In this document: positions 46,150-56,404 of the stretch, piece by piece | Layout: each line of letters opens with the position of its first letter | Numbering within the stretch: the first letter of the stretch is position 1 | From: Candidatus Brocadia sp. | GTDB taxonomy: Bacteria > Planctomycetota > Brocadiia > Brocadiales > Brocadiaceae | Length of the DNA: 64,000 nucleotides | Assembly (NCBI GenBank): GCA_040048245.1 | Contig: JABRVT010000055.1 | Location: 16,975-80,974 of the forward strand | Direction of reading: 5' to 3' | Notes under the pieces: model-generated | What the model saw: the letters and a program-made list of their open reading frames with translations, nothing else | Told to the model about the DNA's origin: nothing | The model's database searches: none | Translations under genes and position numbers: made by a program

Positions 46150-48368
46150 GAAAACCTCTTCGTGTCCTGGTTGTTGATGATTCGATGGACGATGTGGAAT
46201 TGATACTTCGTGAACTGCGACGCGGAGGCTATGAGCCGGTATTTGAGCGGGTTGAAACGGCCTCAGCCATGAAGATGATGCTTGAAAAGGAAAAATGGGA
46301 CGTTGTCCTTGCAGACCATCACATGCCGTTTTTTAACGCAATCGGGGCTCTGGCACAGTTGCAACTCAGCGGACTCGATCTTCCGTTTATCATTATTTCC
46401 GGTTCTATAGGGGAAGATCTTGCAGTTTCCTCTATGAAAGCCGGCGCTCATGATTATATCATGAAGGACAACCTGACACGACTGGTGCCGGCTATTGAAC
46501 GGGAACTGACAGAGGTAGAGGAACGGCGGAGGCGCAGGCAGGCGGAAGAGGCGTTACGGAAAAGCGAAGCCAGCCTTGCCAATGCGCAAAGAATTGCCCG
46601 CCTGGGAAACTGGGAATGGGATATCGTAAAAAATGAACTGTACTGGTCAGATGAGGTTTATCGCATCTTTGGTTTTGCTCCACAGTCATTCTGTCCGACA
46701 TATAAGGCGTTTCTGAATGTCGTTCATAATGACGATAGAGAATTTGTGAAAAAATCTGTTCATGATGCCTTATATGAGAGAAAACCTTACAACATTGACC
46801 ACCGCATACTTTTGCCGGACGGTTCAGAACGTATCGTCCATGGACATGCAGAAGTTATTTTTAATGAAGATGGCAAGGCAATTCAGATGAACGGAACGGT
46901 TCAGGATATTACCGAGAGAAAACAGTTAGAGAAAGAACTGAAGGCGCTCAACGAATCTCTGGAACAGCGAGTAGCGGAGAGAACTGCTGCACTGGTGAAG
47001 GCAAATGAAGAACTGCAGATAGAAATCGAAAAGTGCAGGCGGGCGGAGGAAAAAATCAAACACATGGCTTTCCATGACACCCTTACCTCATTACCCAACC
47101 GGACGTTGTTTAACGATCGTCTGACACTGGCGTTGGCGCACGCGCATCGTACGGGCGAGATGCTGGCCGTGATGTTTCTGGATCTGGACAGATTCAAAAG
47201 TATAAATGATACGCTGGGACATACCGCAGGGGATTTGCTGCTCCACGAAATCGCTAACAGGCTGAAAAACTGTATACGCCAGGAAGATACCGTTGCCCGC
47301 TTTGCCGGAGATGAATTTACTCTGTTGTTGTTAGGGATCAACGAAACGGAAGATGTAAGCAATATTGCCAGTAAAATCCTCGATGCTATACGGCAGCCTT
47401 TTATGATCAGAGAACATGAATTTTATGTTACTGTAAGCATCGGGATTGCCACATATCCCGGCGATGGCGCAGACGCAGAAACCCTGATGAAGAATGCCGA
47501 CACCGCCATGTATCATGCCAAGGAACTGGGGAGAAATAATTATCAGTTTTATACTGAAGCCATGCATGCTGACTCCTTTGAAAGGATGATTATGGAAAGA
47601 AATCTTCGCCGGGCGCTGGACCGCGGGGAATTTGTAGTATATTACCAGCCGCTGGTAAATATCGACACCGGTCAAATTGTTGGTATGGAGGCCCTTGTGC
47701 GCTGGCGGCATCCTGAACGTGGTCTGATTAATCCCGAAGAATTCCTCGCCTTATCTGAAAATACCAGGCTTATTGTCTTCATCGATGAACTGGTGTTATA
47801 TACCGTCTGTGCACAAAGTAAGGTCTGGCAGGATGCGGGATTTCGGCCTCTGTGCGTTGCAGTAAATCTCTCGGCACATACGTTCCAGCAACCCGATCTG
47901 GTAAAAACCGTTACGTCTGTATTACAGAAAACCGGTCTTGATCCGCAGTTACTAGGCCTGGAAATTACTGAAAGTATTGCCATGCAGGACATAGAAGCTA
48001 CCATTCAGAAATTGAGCAAGCTGAGCGATCTGGGCGTCCAGATAGCCATCGATGATTTTGGCACAGGCTTTTCTTCTTTGTATTATCTCAAGAAATTTCC
48101 TGTAAAGAAACTAAAAATCAGCCAGCACTTCGTAAACGGCATTGTGACCGATCAAAATGACAGGGTTATTGTGGAATCGGTTATTGCACTGGCACAGAGT
48201 CTGAAATTTACAGTTGTTGCTGAAGGGGTTGAGACAGAAGAACAACTCATCTTTCTCAAGCAAAGACAATGTAACGAGGTGCAGGGTTATCTGTTTTGCA
48301 AGCCGTTACCCGCTGAGGAATTTGGAAAAATACCAGCTCAGGATAAACAGATGTGTGGCTTGTGGTAA
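46146..48368 (+). CDS. REC-PAS-GGDEF-EAL c-di-GMP turnover protein
   Basis: REC, PAS, DLDRFKSINDTLGH...RFAGDEF, EALVRW, DDFGTGFSSL. Confidence 0.93.
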   Translation: MRKPLRVLVVDDSMDDVELILRELRRGGYEPVFERVETASAMKMMLEKEKWDVVLADHHMPFFNAIGALAQLQLSGLDLPFIIISGSIGEDLAVSSMKAGAHDYIMKDNLTRLVPAIERELTEVEERRRRRQAEEALRKSEASLANAQRIARLGNWEWDIVKNELYWSDEVYRIFGFAPQSFCPTYKAFLNVVHNDDREFVKKSVHDALYERKPYNIDHRILLPDGSERIVHGHAEVIFNEDGKAIQMNGTVQDITERKQLEKELKALNESLEQRVAERTAALVKANEELQIEIEKCRRAEEKIKHMAFHDTLTSLPNRTLFNDRLTLALAHAHRTGEMLAVMFLDLDRFKSINDTLGHTAGDLLLHEIANRLKNCIRQEDTVARFAGDEFTLLLLGINETEDVSNIASKILDAIRQPFMIREHEFYVTVSIGIATYPGDGADAETLMKNADTAMYHAKELGRNNYQFYTEAMHADSFERMIMERNLRRALDRGEFVVYYQPLVNIDTGQIVGMEALVRWRHPERGLINPEEFLALSENTRLIVFIDELVLYTVCAQSKVWQDAGFRPLCVAVNLSAHTFQQPDLVKTVTSVLQKTGLDPQLLGLEITESIAMQDIEATIQKLSKLSDLGVQIAIDDFGTGFSSLYYLKKFPVKKLKISQHFVNGIVTDQNDRVIVESVIALAQSLKFTVVAEGVETEEQLIFLKQRQCNEVQGYLFCKPLPAEEFGKIPAQDKQMCGLW

Positions 48369-48390
48369 GGAAAAGTTGCAATGGCATTCC

Positions 48391-49701
48391 CTATTTCTTT
48401 AGTTTGTCGAGTTGGTCCAACAGTTTGCCTTTAAAAAAATCTTTCACTTTATCTTTGTCTTTTTGTCTTTCTTCCTGAACCTCCTCTTTTTCTTCCCCTG
48501 CTGGCGTTTGGGGGTTGAGCATATCTCTAAGCTTTTGGAGGACTGAGCCATCCTTTCCGTTTTGAGTAAAACCTCCAGTAATTAAATCGAAGGGTTTTTT
48601 AAGCTGAATGGAGCCGGTTCTGAAGGCATTACCTAATGTCTTAACCAGTAATTGCTCGCTCAGCTTGCTCCAGGAAATTTGGGGATTGTTCATGTCTCCT
48701 CCAACCTCTAAAGTTAACTCCAGAGTTCCACCCGGGCCTTGAAACACTTGAGGAAGAGACTGCAAGGGGATCCCCAAAATAAGGGTACTCAATCTCATAT
48801 CCGTTTTCTCAAACTGTACCTTCTCAAATCGCACGCTAGCCAATCCATTTATCTGCCCTCGAACAGTTTTGCCCGTATAAGTAGTTGTAAGTGTTCCTGA
48901 TTTGAATATGTAACCGTAACGTCTGATATAAGGATTAAAATGGGATACATAAATATCCTCAATTTTTTCTTCCAGATCGGAGTTAATAGTCGACGGTGGA
49001 TTGTTCCCAAGCTGAAACATGCCGCGGACAGCGAATGGACTGGTCTGCGTGGCAACCAATTGTCCGTTGATAGCGATTTCACTCATGGTTCCTGAAGAGG
49101 TATCCGGGTAGCGAAAAGACTTTAGCAGGAAAGTCATGTCTTTTAGTTCCGTCAAAAGCGGGGGTTTTAAGATTGCATAATCTTCGAAAAAAATTTGAAC
49201 ATCTTCCGCTTGAAAGAGGTTCAAGAAAATGCCTTTGTCTGGTTGCGCTCTTGCAGGTTTTTCAATGGGAGGAGATGATGGAGGCGGCGAAGCGGACTTC
49301 ACATTTTTAAGGATAGTTCTTAAGTTGATGTGGCCCTCTTCGGTTCGCTGGATCAGGAGTGCCAACCCCTGGATATCCACCAGTTCGATTTGTATCTCTT
49401 CCCCCAGCAGGGAAGTTAAAGCGGCATTGAGAAAAATTTTTTGTACGGAGAGGAAGGGTTTGGAAACAAAGCCAGGAGGATTATCCAGGACAATCTCACG
49501 CAGCGTTACCGAACCTCTGAACAAGCCCAAACTCACGTCACCGATGGTAGTTTTGACCCCCAGTTGACTGGTCAATTCCCGTTCAAGAATGTGCTTGATG
49601 ATATAGGGAAGGGTGAGCCGGCATATCAGCAGAACCACAGCAAGCGTGGCACCTGCGATGATTGAAATACGTATGGTCTTCGAATGTCTGGTTTTTTCCA
49701 T
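48391..49701 (-). CDS. AsmA-like / DUF748-family protein
   Basis: N-terminal TM helix; IGDVSLGL...LDNPPGF; beta-rich; C-terminal LEVGGDMNNPQIS. Confidence 0.7.
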   Translation of the reverse strand: MEKTRHSKTIRISIIAGATLAVVLLICRLTLPYIIKHILERELTSQLGVKTTIGDVSLGLFRGSVTLREIVLDNPPGFVSKPFLSVQKIFLNAALTSLLGEEIQIELVDIQGLALLIQRTEEGHINLRTILKNVKSASPPPSSPPIEKPARAQPDKGIFLNLFQAEDVQIFFEDYAILKPPLLTELKDMTFLLKSFRYPDTSSGTMSEIAINGQLVATQTSPFAVRGMFQLGNNPPSTINSDLEEKIEDIYVSHFNPYIRRYGYIFKSGTLTTTYTGKTVRGQINGLASVRFEKVQFEKTDMRLSTLILGIPLQSLPQVFQGPGGTLELTLEVGGDMNNPQISWSKLSEQLLVKTLGNAFRTGSIQLKKPFDLITGGFTQNGKDGSVLQKLRDMLNPQTPAGEEKEEVQEERQKDKDKVKDFFKGKLLDQLDKLKK

Positions 49702-49825
49702 ACTGTTCTACTTCTGAAATCTTTTTTATAGGTGCTTTATTTTACTTTCTGCAATAACTTTATCAAAGGTTTAGTTTGTTTATGTACAATATCACGTACC
49801 TAATCGGCATGCAAGCCCATTTTGT

Positions 49826-50731
49826 TTATGCTCTTGGATGGTATTGCCGATGGACGGCCTTGAGGTGCTGTTTGCTGACATGGGTATATATCTGAGTGGT
49901 GGAGACATTGACATGTCCCAGCATTTCCTGTACTGAACGAAGATCGGCGCCATTTTCCAGGAGATGGGTAGCAAATGAGTGCCTCAATTTGTGCGGGGAA
50001 ATGTGTCCATGGATACCTGCCTTCGCAGCGCAATTCTTTACAATAACCCATACATTCTCCCTCCGAAGCGGTTTCCCGGCCTTTGAAAGAAATAAATACG
50101 TGCTATCATGGCTGTTTTTTATCTTTGGCCTGGCAGTTTTTAAGTAATTTTGAATGGCCTCAATCGCCTTTGTCCCGAGAGGCACGATGCGCTCCTTTGA
50201 GCCTTTACCTCTACATTTCACATAACTGTATTCAAGATTAATCCAGTCCAGCTGAATTGCAACGACCTCTGACACCCTCGCGCCCGTAGCATACATAAGT
50301 TCAAGGATGGCCTTGTTTCTCATCCCTAATTTCGTTTTTGTATCAGGGACTGAAAGCAAGCCGTCAATCTTATGTGCCGGAATAACTTCCGGCAATCTCT
50401 TCCACAGCTTTGGGGCATCTATTACCGTAAAGGGATTTGTCTGCAACTTTCCCTCCGAGAGGAGGAATTTGTATAACATACGAATGGCCACAACAGTGCG
50501 GGCGATGGAGTTGATGGAAAGGCCGCGCTTTTTTTCAGAAATAATAAAGCTGGTAATTGTATCGGGACGGACGCTGTCAAAGTCCAATATGTTTTTCGAG
50601 AGCAGGAAGTCTGTAAATATTTGCAGGTCGCGGCTGTAACTGAGAATGGTATTCCTGGATAAACCACGTTCCACGAGAAGATAGTTTATAAACGATTCAA
50701 CAAGATCGTCCAATGCATTTGCTTCAGACAT
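49826..50731 (-). CDS. xerD: Site-specific tyrosine recombinase XerD
   Basis: LSRNTILSY, YATGARVSE, GKGSKER, PHKLRHSFATHLL, GADLRSVQEMLGH, TTQIY. Confidence 0.92.
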   Translation of the reverse strand: MSEANALDDLVESFINYLLVERGLSRNTILSYSRDLQIFTDFLLSKNILDFDSVRPDTITSFIISEKKRGLSINSIARTVVAIRMLYKFLLSEGKLQTNPFTVIDAPKLWKRLPEVIPAHKIDGLLSVPDTKTKLGMRNKAILELMYATGARVSEVVAIQLDWINLEYSYVKCRGKGSKERIVPLGTKAIEAIQNYLKTARPKIKNSHDSTYLFLSKAGKPLRRENVWVIVKNCAAKAGIHGHISPHKLRHSFATHLLENGADLRSVQEMLGHVNVSTTQIYTHVSKQHLKAVHRQYHPRA

Positions 50732-50841
50732 AACTATATCTGTGCGATGTATAAATATCCCCTTAGAAACCAGGGGGCAAAGGGGGTTGTAAAATAGCCA
50801 GGAAAAATACAACCCCCTTAATCCCCTTTTTTAAGAGGGAT

Positions 50842-51624
50842 TCAAACGGAATACTTGACAAATACTTCAACAAATCGTTCCACAAGATAGGCAAGATATT
50901 CAATGTCGATGTACGCCTCTGCGCTGCTGTCCAGAAAGAGCTTGCAGCTTGCCGGAAACTCTTCATCGGCATCCCAAAAGCACAAATACAAGGGTATACA
51001 CGGCAGGAGGTCAAAACGACAGATATAATCGGCCTTCATCTTGCCTTGTGTTTCCAATCCTCCCAGTTCCATACAGCGTATCTTCAGGCCGTTGATATTC
51101 CTGTTGAAGGTTGTAGATATCTTCTCTTCGGCACTCCGTTGAAATGCCTTTACATGCGAGGCCGTGTTGGGGAAATAGCCCAGTGTAACCCAATCTCCCG
51201 TTAAAGGTCTTCCACCCTTCCGGCGTATATAATCATAGATTATGATTTTTGACCACGAATCGTGACAATACGTATCATCTTCAAATAAACCTTCTTTACG
51301 CATCTCGTAGGGTTTGTTCATCATGGAAAGCCTTATTATCTCCTGTCCATTTTTAACTTCAAAATGGCATCCAATGGCACGAGCCGACTCTTTGAAGTCT
51401 GTATGTTTTGCCGCAACTTCTAATTCATTACTTACACGTTCGTAGTTATCATCCATAGTAACTGTAGGTTTCTTGGGAACCAATGCCTCATTTTCCCTGG
51501 CAATATAAGGACAATCCCATATCTTAAGCTGTGCATTTTGTACCTTAAGCGCAAAGGCCATGCAGGTAGGTACACCACACTTACCACAATTTGTCCGGGG
51601 TAGTTTTTTATATATCTCAATCAT
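50842..51624 (-). CDS. Fe-S-cluster domain + DUF3786 protein
   Basis: LPRTNCGKCGVPTCMAFA...CPY; C-terminal LLPCIPLYLCFWDADEEFPA. Confidence 0.8.
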   Translation of the reverse strand: MIEIYKKLPRTNCGKCGVPTCMAFALKVQNAQLKIWDCPYIARENEALVPKKPTVTMDDNYERVSNELEVAAKHTDFKESARAIGCHFEVKNGQEIIRLSMMNKPYEMRKEGLFEDDTYCHDSWSKIIIYDYIRRKGGRPLTGDWVTLGYFPNTASHVKAFQRSAEEKISTTFNRNINGLKIRCMELGGLETQGKMKADYICRFDLLPCIPLYLCFWDADEEFPASCKLFLDSSAEAYIDIEYLAYLVERFVEVFVKYSV

Positions 51625-51737
51625 TAGTTTTAAAGGTATTCAGCCATCAGTGGTCGGCATTCGACCCTTGCCTGGCTGCTGATGGCTGATTGCTCACCGC
51701 TTACTACATTTTTTCACTTACCTCAGCCAATGCCTCG

Positions 51738-52229
51738 CTAGCTGATTTTTGCAAACATGGATTTTAATGCACCGCAGATGGAGCATTTATCCGGCGCAGC
51801 CTTTTCAACCGTATTTCCGCAGACCTGACAAACATAGTAATCTATGTTCTCGTTCTTGCCCAGGTTATTTAAGACTTTTTGATAAAGGTCAGCATGGACC
51901 TTTTCTACCTTACTGGCAATTTCAAAACTCTGCAAAGCCTGTTTGTTTCCCTCCTTCTTTGCCTCTTCAATCATCTGTGGATACATTCTGGTAAATTCGT
52001 GCGTTTCACCTCCTATGGCCTCCTGGATATTTTCTTTTGTGCTCTTAATGCCACCCATTACCCTCAGATGGTTATGGGCATGTACCGTTTCCGCCTCGGC
52101 CGCAGCCCGAAATAGCTTTGCTACCTGTTTAAAACCCTCTTCATCGGCCTTTTTGGCAAAGGCGAGGTATTTTCTGTTGGCCTGCGATTCACCTGCGAAG
52201 GCACTTTTCAAATTGTCCATTGTCGACAT
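51738..52229 (-). CDS. rbr: Rubrerythrin
   Basis: AFAGESQANRKY, AETVHA, EKVHA, rubredoxin domain CQVCG...CSICG. Confidence 0.93.
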   Translation of the reverse strand: MSTMDNLKSAFAGESQANRKYLAFAKKADEEGFKQVAKLFRAAAEAETVHAHNHLRVMGGIKSTKENIQEAIGGETHEFTRMYPQMIEEAKKEGNKQALQSFEIASKVEKVHADLYQKVLNNLGKNENIDYYVCQVCGNTVEKAAPDKCSICGALKSMFAKIS

Positions 52230-52286
52230 AGTATCTCTCCTCTTCTTTCATTGAATTTTATCAGATTTTACACAACTCGAAAATCT

Positions 52287-53105
52287 CTATTCACAGATAA
52301 TCCCTTTACCTTGTAACAATTGCCTGCATTTTGCTATGATCACCTCTCTTTCGTCTCCGGAAATATAAAACCTTATTTTTACTCTTAAAGGAATACGGGG
52401 GGCATCTGCAGTCCAGTCGTTCAGAAGACCTTTGTTCTGAAGAACTGCCCTTAACTGCCTGGCTGTTCCATAGTTTCCGTCAACAATCGCAATCTTACTT
52501 CCTGCTATATCCCTGATTTCCTTTTTTATCAAGATATAGTGAGTACAGCCCAGGACAATAGCTGAAATATCGTCTTTATTCACCATGGAAAATACGTGAG
52601 AAAGGTATTCTTTAATCTCCTCCTTTTGAGAATGATTCCGTTCAATGATCTCCACAAGTCCAGCACACGGAAGCGGAACAATCTCGGCAAGATGTTTGTA
52701 CTGATGCGCTAATTCATTAAATTTTTTACTCTTTAATGTAAGAGGTGTAGCCATGACGAGAATCTTACCAGTGAGCCCAAGCTCCACAGCAGGTTTTAAG
52801 GCAGGTTCCATTCCAATCACAGGGAAAGGGCACATCTTTCGAATCTCGTTGATTGCAGCGCTTGTGGCTGTGTTGCATGCAACGACAAGGGACTTAATGC
52901 CCATATGGGATAGGAACGCCGTTGCCTCAACAGACAGTAATCTGACAACGTCTTCTGGCTTGGTCCCGTAAGGGGAATGGAGCGTGTCGGCAAAGTAAAT
53001 AAACTCATCATAGGGCAGCATCCTGATCATCTCAGCAAGGACAGAAATCCCTCCGATGCCGGAATCAAAGACCCCGATGGGCAATTTAGCTCTTAGGTTT
53101 CCCAT
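52287..53105 (-). CDS. murI: Glutamate racemase
   Basis: FDSGIGG, PYG, VACNTAT, VLGCTHY. Confidence 0.95.
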   Translation of the reverse strand: MGNLRAKLPIGVFDSGIGGISVLAEMIRMLPYDEFIYFADTLHSPYGTKPEDVVRLLSVEATAFLSHMGIKSLVVACNTATSAAINEIRKMCPFPVIGMEPALKPAVELGLTGKILVMATPLTLKSKKFNELAHQYKHLAEIVPLPCAGLVEIIERNHSQKEEIKEYLSHVFSMVNKDDISAIVLGCTHYILIKKEIRDIAGSKIAIVDGNYGTARQLRAVLQNKGLLNDWTADAPRIPLRVKIRFYISGDEREVIIAKCRQLLQGKGIICE

Positions 53106-53113
53106 TCAATTTA

Positions 53114-54754
53114 TCAACACATGAAATTATGGGCGATGGGCATTCGCCGGCCTGATCCAAATGCCTTGGAGGTTACCTTGATACCCGGAGCTGCCTGTCG
53201 CCTCTTGTATTCATTTCTGTTTACCTTTCTGATAATCTCACGTACAATCTTTTCATCAAACCCCATTTGAATAATTTCGTCAATACCCCTGGCATCTTCT
53301 ATGTATGCCTTCAGGATGCCATCCAGTACGTCGTAAGGAGGTAAGCTGTCCTGGTCAAATTGATTAGGCCTCAATTCGGCAGAAGGGGGTTTGGTGATGG
53401 AATTCAGAGGGATAATCTCCTTTTCCCGATTTATATATCTGGCCAGTTCATACACCATCGTTTTCGGAACATCGGAGATCAGGGCAAATCCACCGCTCAT
53501 ATCACCATACAGTGTACAATATCCGACAGCCAGTTCCGATTTGTTCCCCGTTGTCAGAACAAGGTATCCATATTTGTTGGAAAGCGCCATGATGATATTG
53601 CCCCGAATACGTGCCTGTAAATTTTCTTCAGCAATATCAAAGGGCATTCCCTTGAATTCCGTCTGCAGGGTTTTCTGATACGTTTCAAATACATCTTTAA
53701 TAGGTATAATTTTGTAAGTAATACCCAGATTCTGAGAAAGTTCCACCGCGTCATCGATGCTGTCCTGAGAAGAAAACTGGGATGGCATGAGCACCCCGAT
53801 GACATTCGTATTGCCCAGTGCTTCTGCAGCCAGTGCGGCGGTTACGGCGGAATCTATGCCTCCACTGAGGCCAATAACGACCTTCTTAAAACCACACTTT
53901 TTTACATAATCCCGAAGTCCGGCAACTAAGGCCATATGGACGGTTTCAATAGGGGAATAGGTCCTGGGTTGTATTTGCACCTCAGGGTTTTCTATATCGA
54001 CCACCATCAGGTCTTCCTCAAAGGTTGCAGCCTGCGCAATAAGCCTGCCCTGGGCATTTATTACGACGCTGTTCCCATCAAAGACGAGGTCGTCGTTGCC
54101 TCCCACCTGATTTACATAGATAAAAGGAACTTTATATTTTGTAGCATCGTGCATGAGCATGCGCAATCGTATCTTGTCGTGCTTCTCCACGGTAAATGGC
54201 GATGAAGAGACATTTATCATGACATTCGCTCCATGAGAGATCAGGTTTTCAATGGGGTCTATCTCATATAAAGGGCGCGGCCAAAACTCTTCGTCATTCC
54301 ATATATCTTCACAGATTGATATGCCCAATGTATAATCCATAAATTTTACTGGAGAGATCGAGTATGCGGGTTCAAAGTAACGGCATTCATCAAAGACATC
54401 GTAGGTCGGCAGGAGTGACTTGTGATGAACAGAAACAATTTTGCGGTCCTGAATAAATGCCGCCGCATTATGGACAAGCTTACCATGGCGCCGTTTGTTT
54501 CTGTCGACGAAGCCTACAACGGCAGAAATACCATATACGCCGCTGGCTATTGTATTGAGGGTTTTCAGGTTCTCATCGATAAATGCGGGGATGTCCAGAA
54601 AATCCTTGGGAGGATAGCCAGTAACGGCCAATTCCGGAAAAACGACAAGATCAGCGTTTTGTCTCCTGGCACGATCAATGTATGAACATATCTTTTCTGC
54701 GTTTTTCTGAAAGTCGCCTACCGTTTGATTAATCTGTGCCAGCGCAATTTTCAT
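53114..54754 (-). CDS. nadE: Glutamine-dependent NAD+ synthetase
   Basis: Nitrilase domain (VFPEL, CEDIW), GLSGGIDS, ENLQARIRG, TGNKSE, PPSAEL. Confidence 0.95.
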   Translation of the reverse strand: MKIALAQINQTVGDFQKNAEKICSYIDRARRQNADLVVFPELAVTGYPPKDFLDIPAFIDENLKTLNTIASGVYGISAVVGFVDRNKRRHGKLVHNAAAFIQDRKIVSVHHKSLLPTYDVFDECRYFEPAYSISPVKFMDYTLGISICEDIWNDEEFWPRPLYEIDPIENLISHGANVMINVSSSPFTVEKHDKIRLRMLMHDATKYKVPFIYVNQVGGNDDLVFDGNSVVINAQGRLIAQAATFEEDLMVVDIENPEVQIQPRTYSPIETVHMALVAGLRDYVKKCGFKKVVIGLSGGIDSAVTAALAAEALGNTNVIGVLMPSQFSSQDSIDDAVELSQNLGITYKIIPIKDVFETYQKTLQTEFKGMPFDIAEENLQARIRGNIIMALSNKYGYLVLTTGNKSELAVGYCTLYGDMSGGFALISDVPKTMVYELARYINREKEIIPLNSITKPPSAELRPNQFDQDSLPPYDVLDGILKAYIEDARGIDEIIQMGFDEKIVREIIRKVNRNEYKRRQAAPGIKVTSKAFGSGRRMPIAHNFMC

Positions 54755-54830
54755 ATTTTTTAATTTAATATGTAAATTTGTCTTTAGCAAACAAATTTTA
54801 TTCTTTAGCGCAAATTATGACACAAGAATT

Positions 54831-55607
54831 GTAACTATTAGGCGAAAATGTTTTAAAATTTGTTTGACAGGGAATTTGGGCTAAAAGAGGCCATCTGAAT
54901 TAGTTTGTAGCGCACGGCCTGTAAGAGGCGGTTGGCGCATTTTATATGCGGAGATAGGATAGATATGGGGGAGGGAACTTATCGGCAACAGAAATACGCG
55001 CCTTATGGCGCAAAAAGGTATGAAAAAAGCCTATTGTATATAATAGCCGCAGCAGCTAAGTTAGTGGCTGATCATACAGGCAGATTCATTGACGATAGAC
55101 AATAAATATAGATATAGAGGTAACGCTCCAAAAAGCAGAGGAGCATCTTTCTGAAGAGAAAGATGCTGTCGCCGGCCATGAAGTCTATGGCAGAGTTATT
55201 GGTATTAGTGATAACGCCGCTGGTTGACCGTTTAAACCGTAACAGTCGCAACAGCAGTTAACCGCTCCATCGAGCGACCCGAACCCCAGGTGAGAAGGCA
55301 AGGGGTGAGAAGAAGGCGGATGGACAAAGGCCAGGAATCTTCTGGAACGACTACGGGAGTATGAGGATGATGCACTGAGGTTTATGGATAATATAAACGT
55401 TCCCTTCACGAATAATTTGCAGAAGATATCGGGCTGTTCTCTTTCCATAGCCGGAGCAAGGATTTTCTGCCGCATTCGCAGTTACCTCTCAATTTGTTGA
55501 AAACAAGGGATAAATTTGAGCAAGGTATTAAAGATGCTATTTCACGGCGAATTGCCTGATTTTGTTTGCTCATAGCGATTGTGGACGAAAATACGCTGAG
55601 TGGTTAC
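54831..55607 (+). mobile_element. Internally deleted, non-autonomous IS66-family (ISBst12-like) element, copy 1
   Basis: Right end reads GTAACCACTCAGCG on the reverse strand; candidate left end GTAACTATTAGGCG at 54831; transposase N-terminal (NRNSRNSS) and C-terminal (NLLERL...VPFTNN...RIFCRIRSYLS) relics with frameshifts and stops. Confidence 0.8.
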
Positions 55608-55620
55608 AATTTTTCAATCA

Positions 55621-56376
55621 TTATTTTAATTTCTCTGGCTTATCGGGCCCATTACTCGTCCATTGCCGGCCAACCTCGTCAATTGACTTTGGCACATCCA
55701 CGTTTGGTACCTGGTATCCATACATCTTCCTTCGTTCCCGAAGTTCATCAGTAGAGATACCGAACTGCTTATCGCGTTTCCCAATCATCTCCTTGCTGAT
55801 CTGTCCATCGGCACCGGCAGACCACATGAGGAGCGGTTCGCCCATCGGGATCTCAGTACCTGGGTCAGGCCAGGTATGGAACGTCTTACCCCAACTCGTT
55901 AAAAAGCCTTCAAGTGCCTTGTCGCCCATGTCAGCTAAATCGGGTGCGATGAGCTGTCCGGATATGATCTCATACGCATGGGGATGCCAATACTTCTTTT
56001 CCCCGGGCGGGAGGGTTTGATAGGTCTCATTGCTGATAATGTACTCAATACCAAGGAGTTTGGCAGGCGCTTCCTTGGAATCATATATGACACACTGGTG
56101 GATACCGCCATTCTTGATATTAAGATTCCGCATCGAACAATAATGGTGGGCTTCTATCTCAAGTTTCGGATTGTTCTTGGCTATATGGAAAGCGCAGAGA
56201 TACAGGTGAATATCCCTGACGGGATCGGCATACTTTAGCTTATAAATATTTTCAACACCGTGTTCCCCTTTTTCTGCCACAACACCTTTTACTGGAATGA
56301 ACATCGAACTGAGAAACGCAATTACTACAACGAAAGCTACAGCTTTTACCGTAGTCTTGCATGAATATCGGCGCAT
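55621..56376 (-). CDS. DUF1264 (OBAP-like) exported protein
   Basis: EAHHYC, HQCVIYDS, LLGIEYII, KKYWHPH, WGKTFHTW; signal peptide. Confidence 0.85.
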   Translation of the reverse strand: MRRYSCKTTVKAVAFVVVIAFLSSMFIPVKGVVAEKGEHGVENIYKLKYADPVRDIHLYLCAFHIAKNNPKLEIEAHHYCSMRNLNIKNGGIHQCVIYDSKEAPAKLLGIEYIISNETYQTLPPGEKKYWHPHAYEIISGQLIAPDLADMGDKALEGFLTSWGKTFHTWPDPGTEIPMGEPLLMWSAGADGQISKEMIGKRDKQFGISTDELRERRKMYGYQVPNVDVPKSIDEVGRQWTSNGPDKPEKLK

Positions 56377-56404
56377 TTTTTTTACCTCCTTTCAGGCTGA
56401 ATGA

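Noticed and set aside
49826-50731. Tyrosine recombinase as a prophage or island integrase
   Set aside because: The sequence is canonical XerD, the neighbours are housekeeping genes, and no att site, tRNA or phage genes are present.
52287-53105. Peptidoglycan genes (murI, alr, anmK) in a planctomycete as a novelty
   Set aside because: Peptidoglycan in anammox bacteria and other Planctomycetes is already established.
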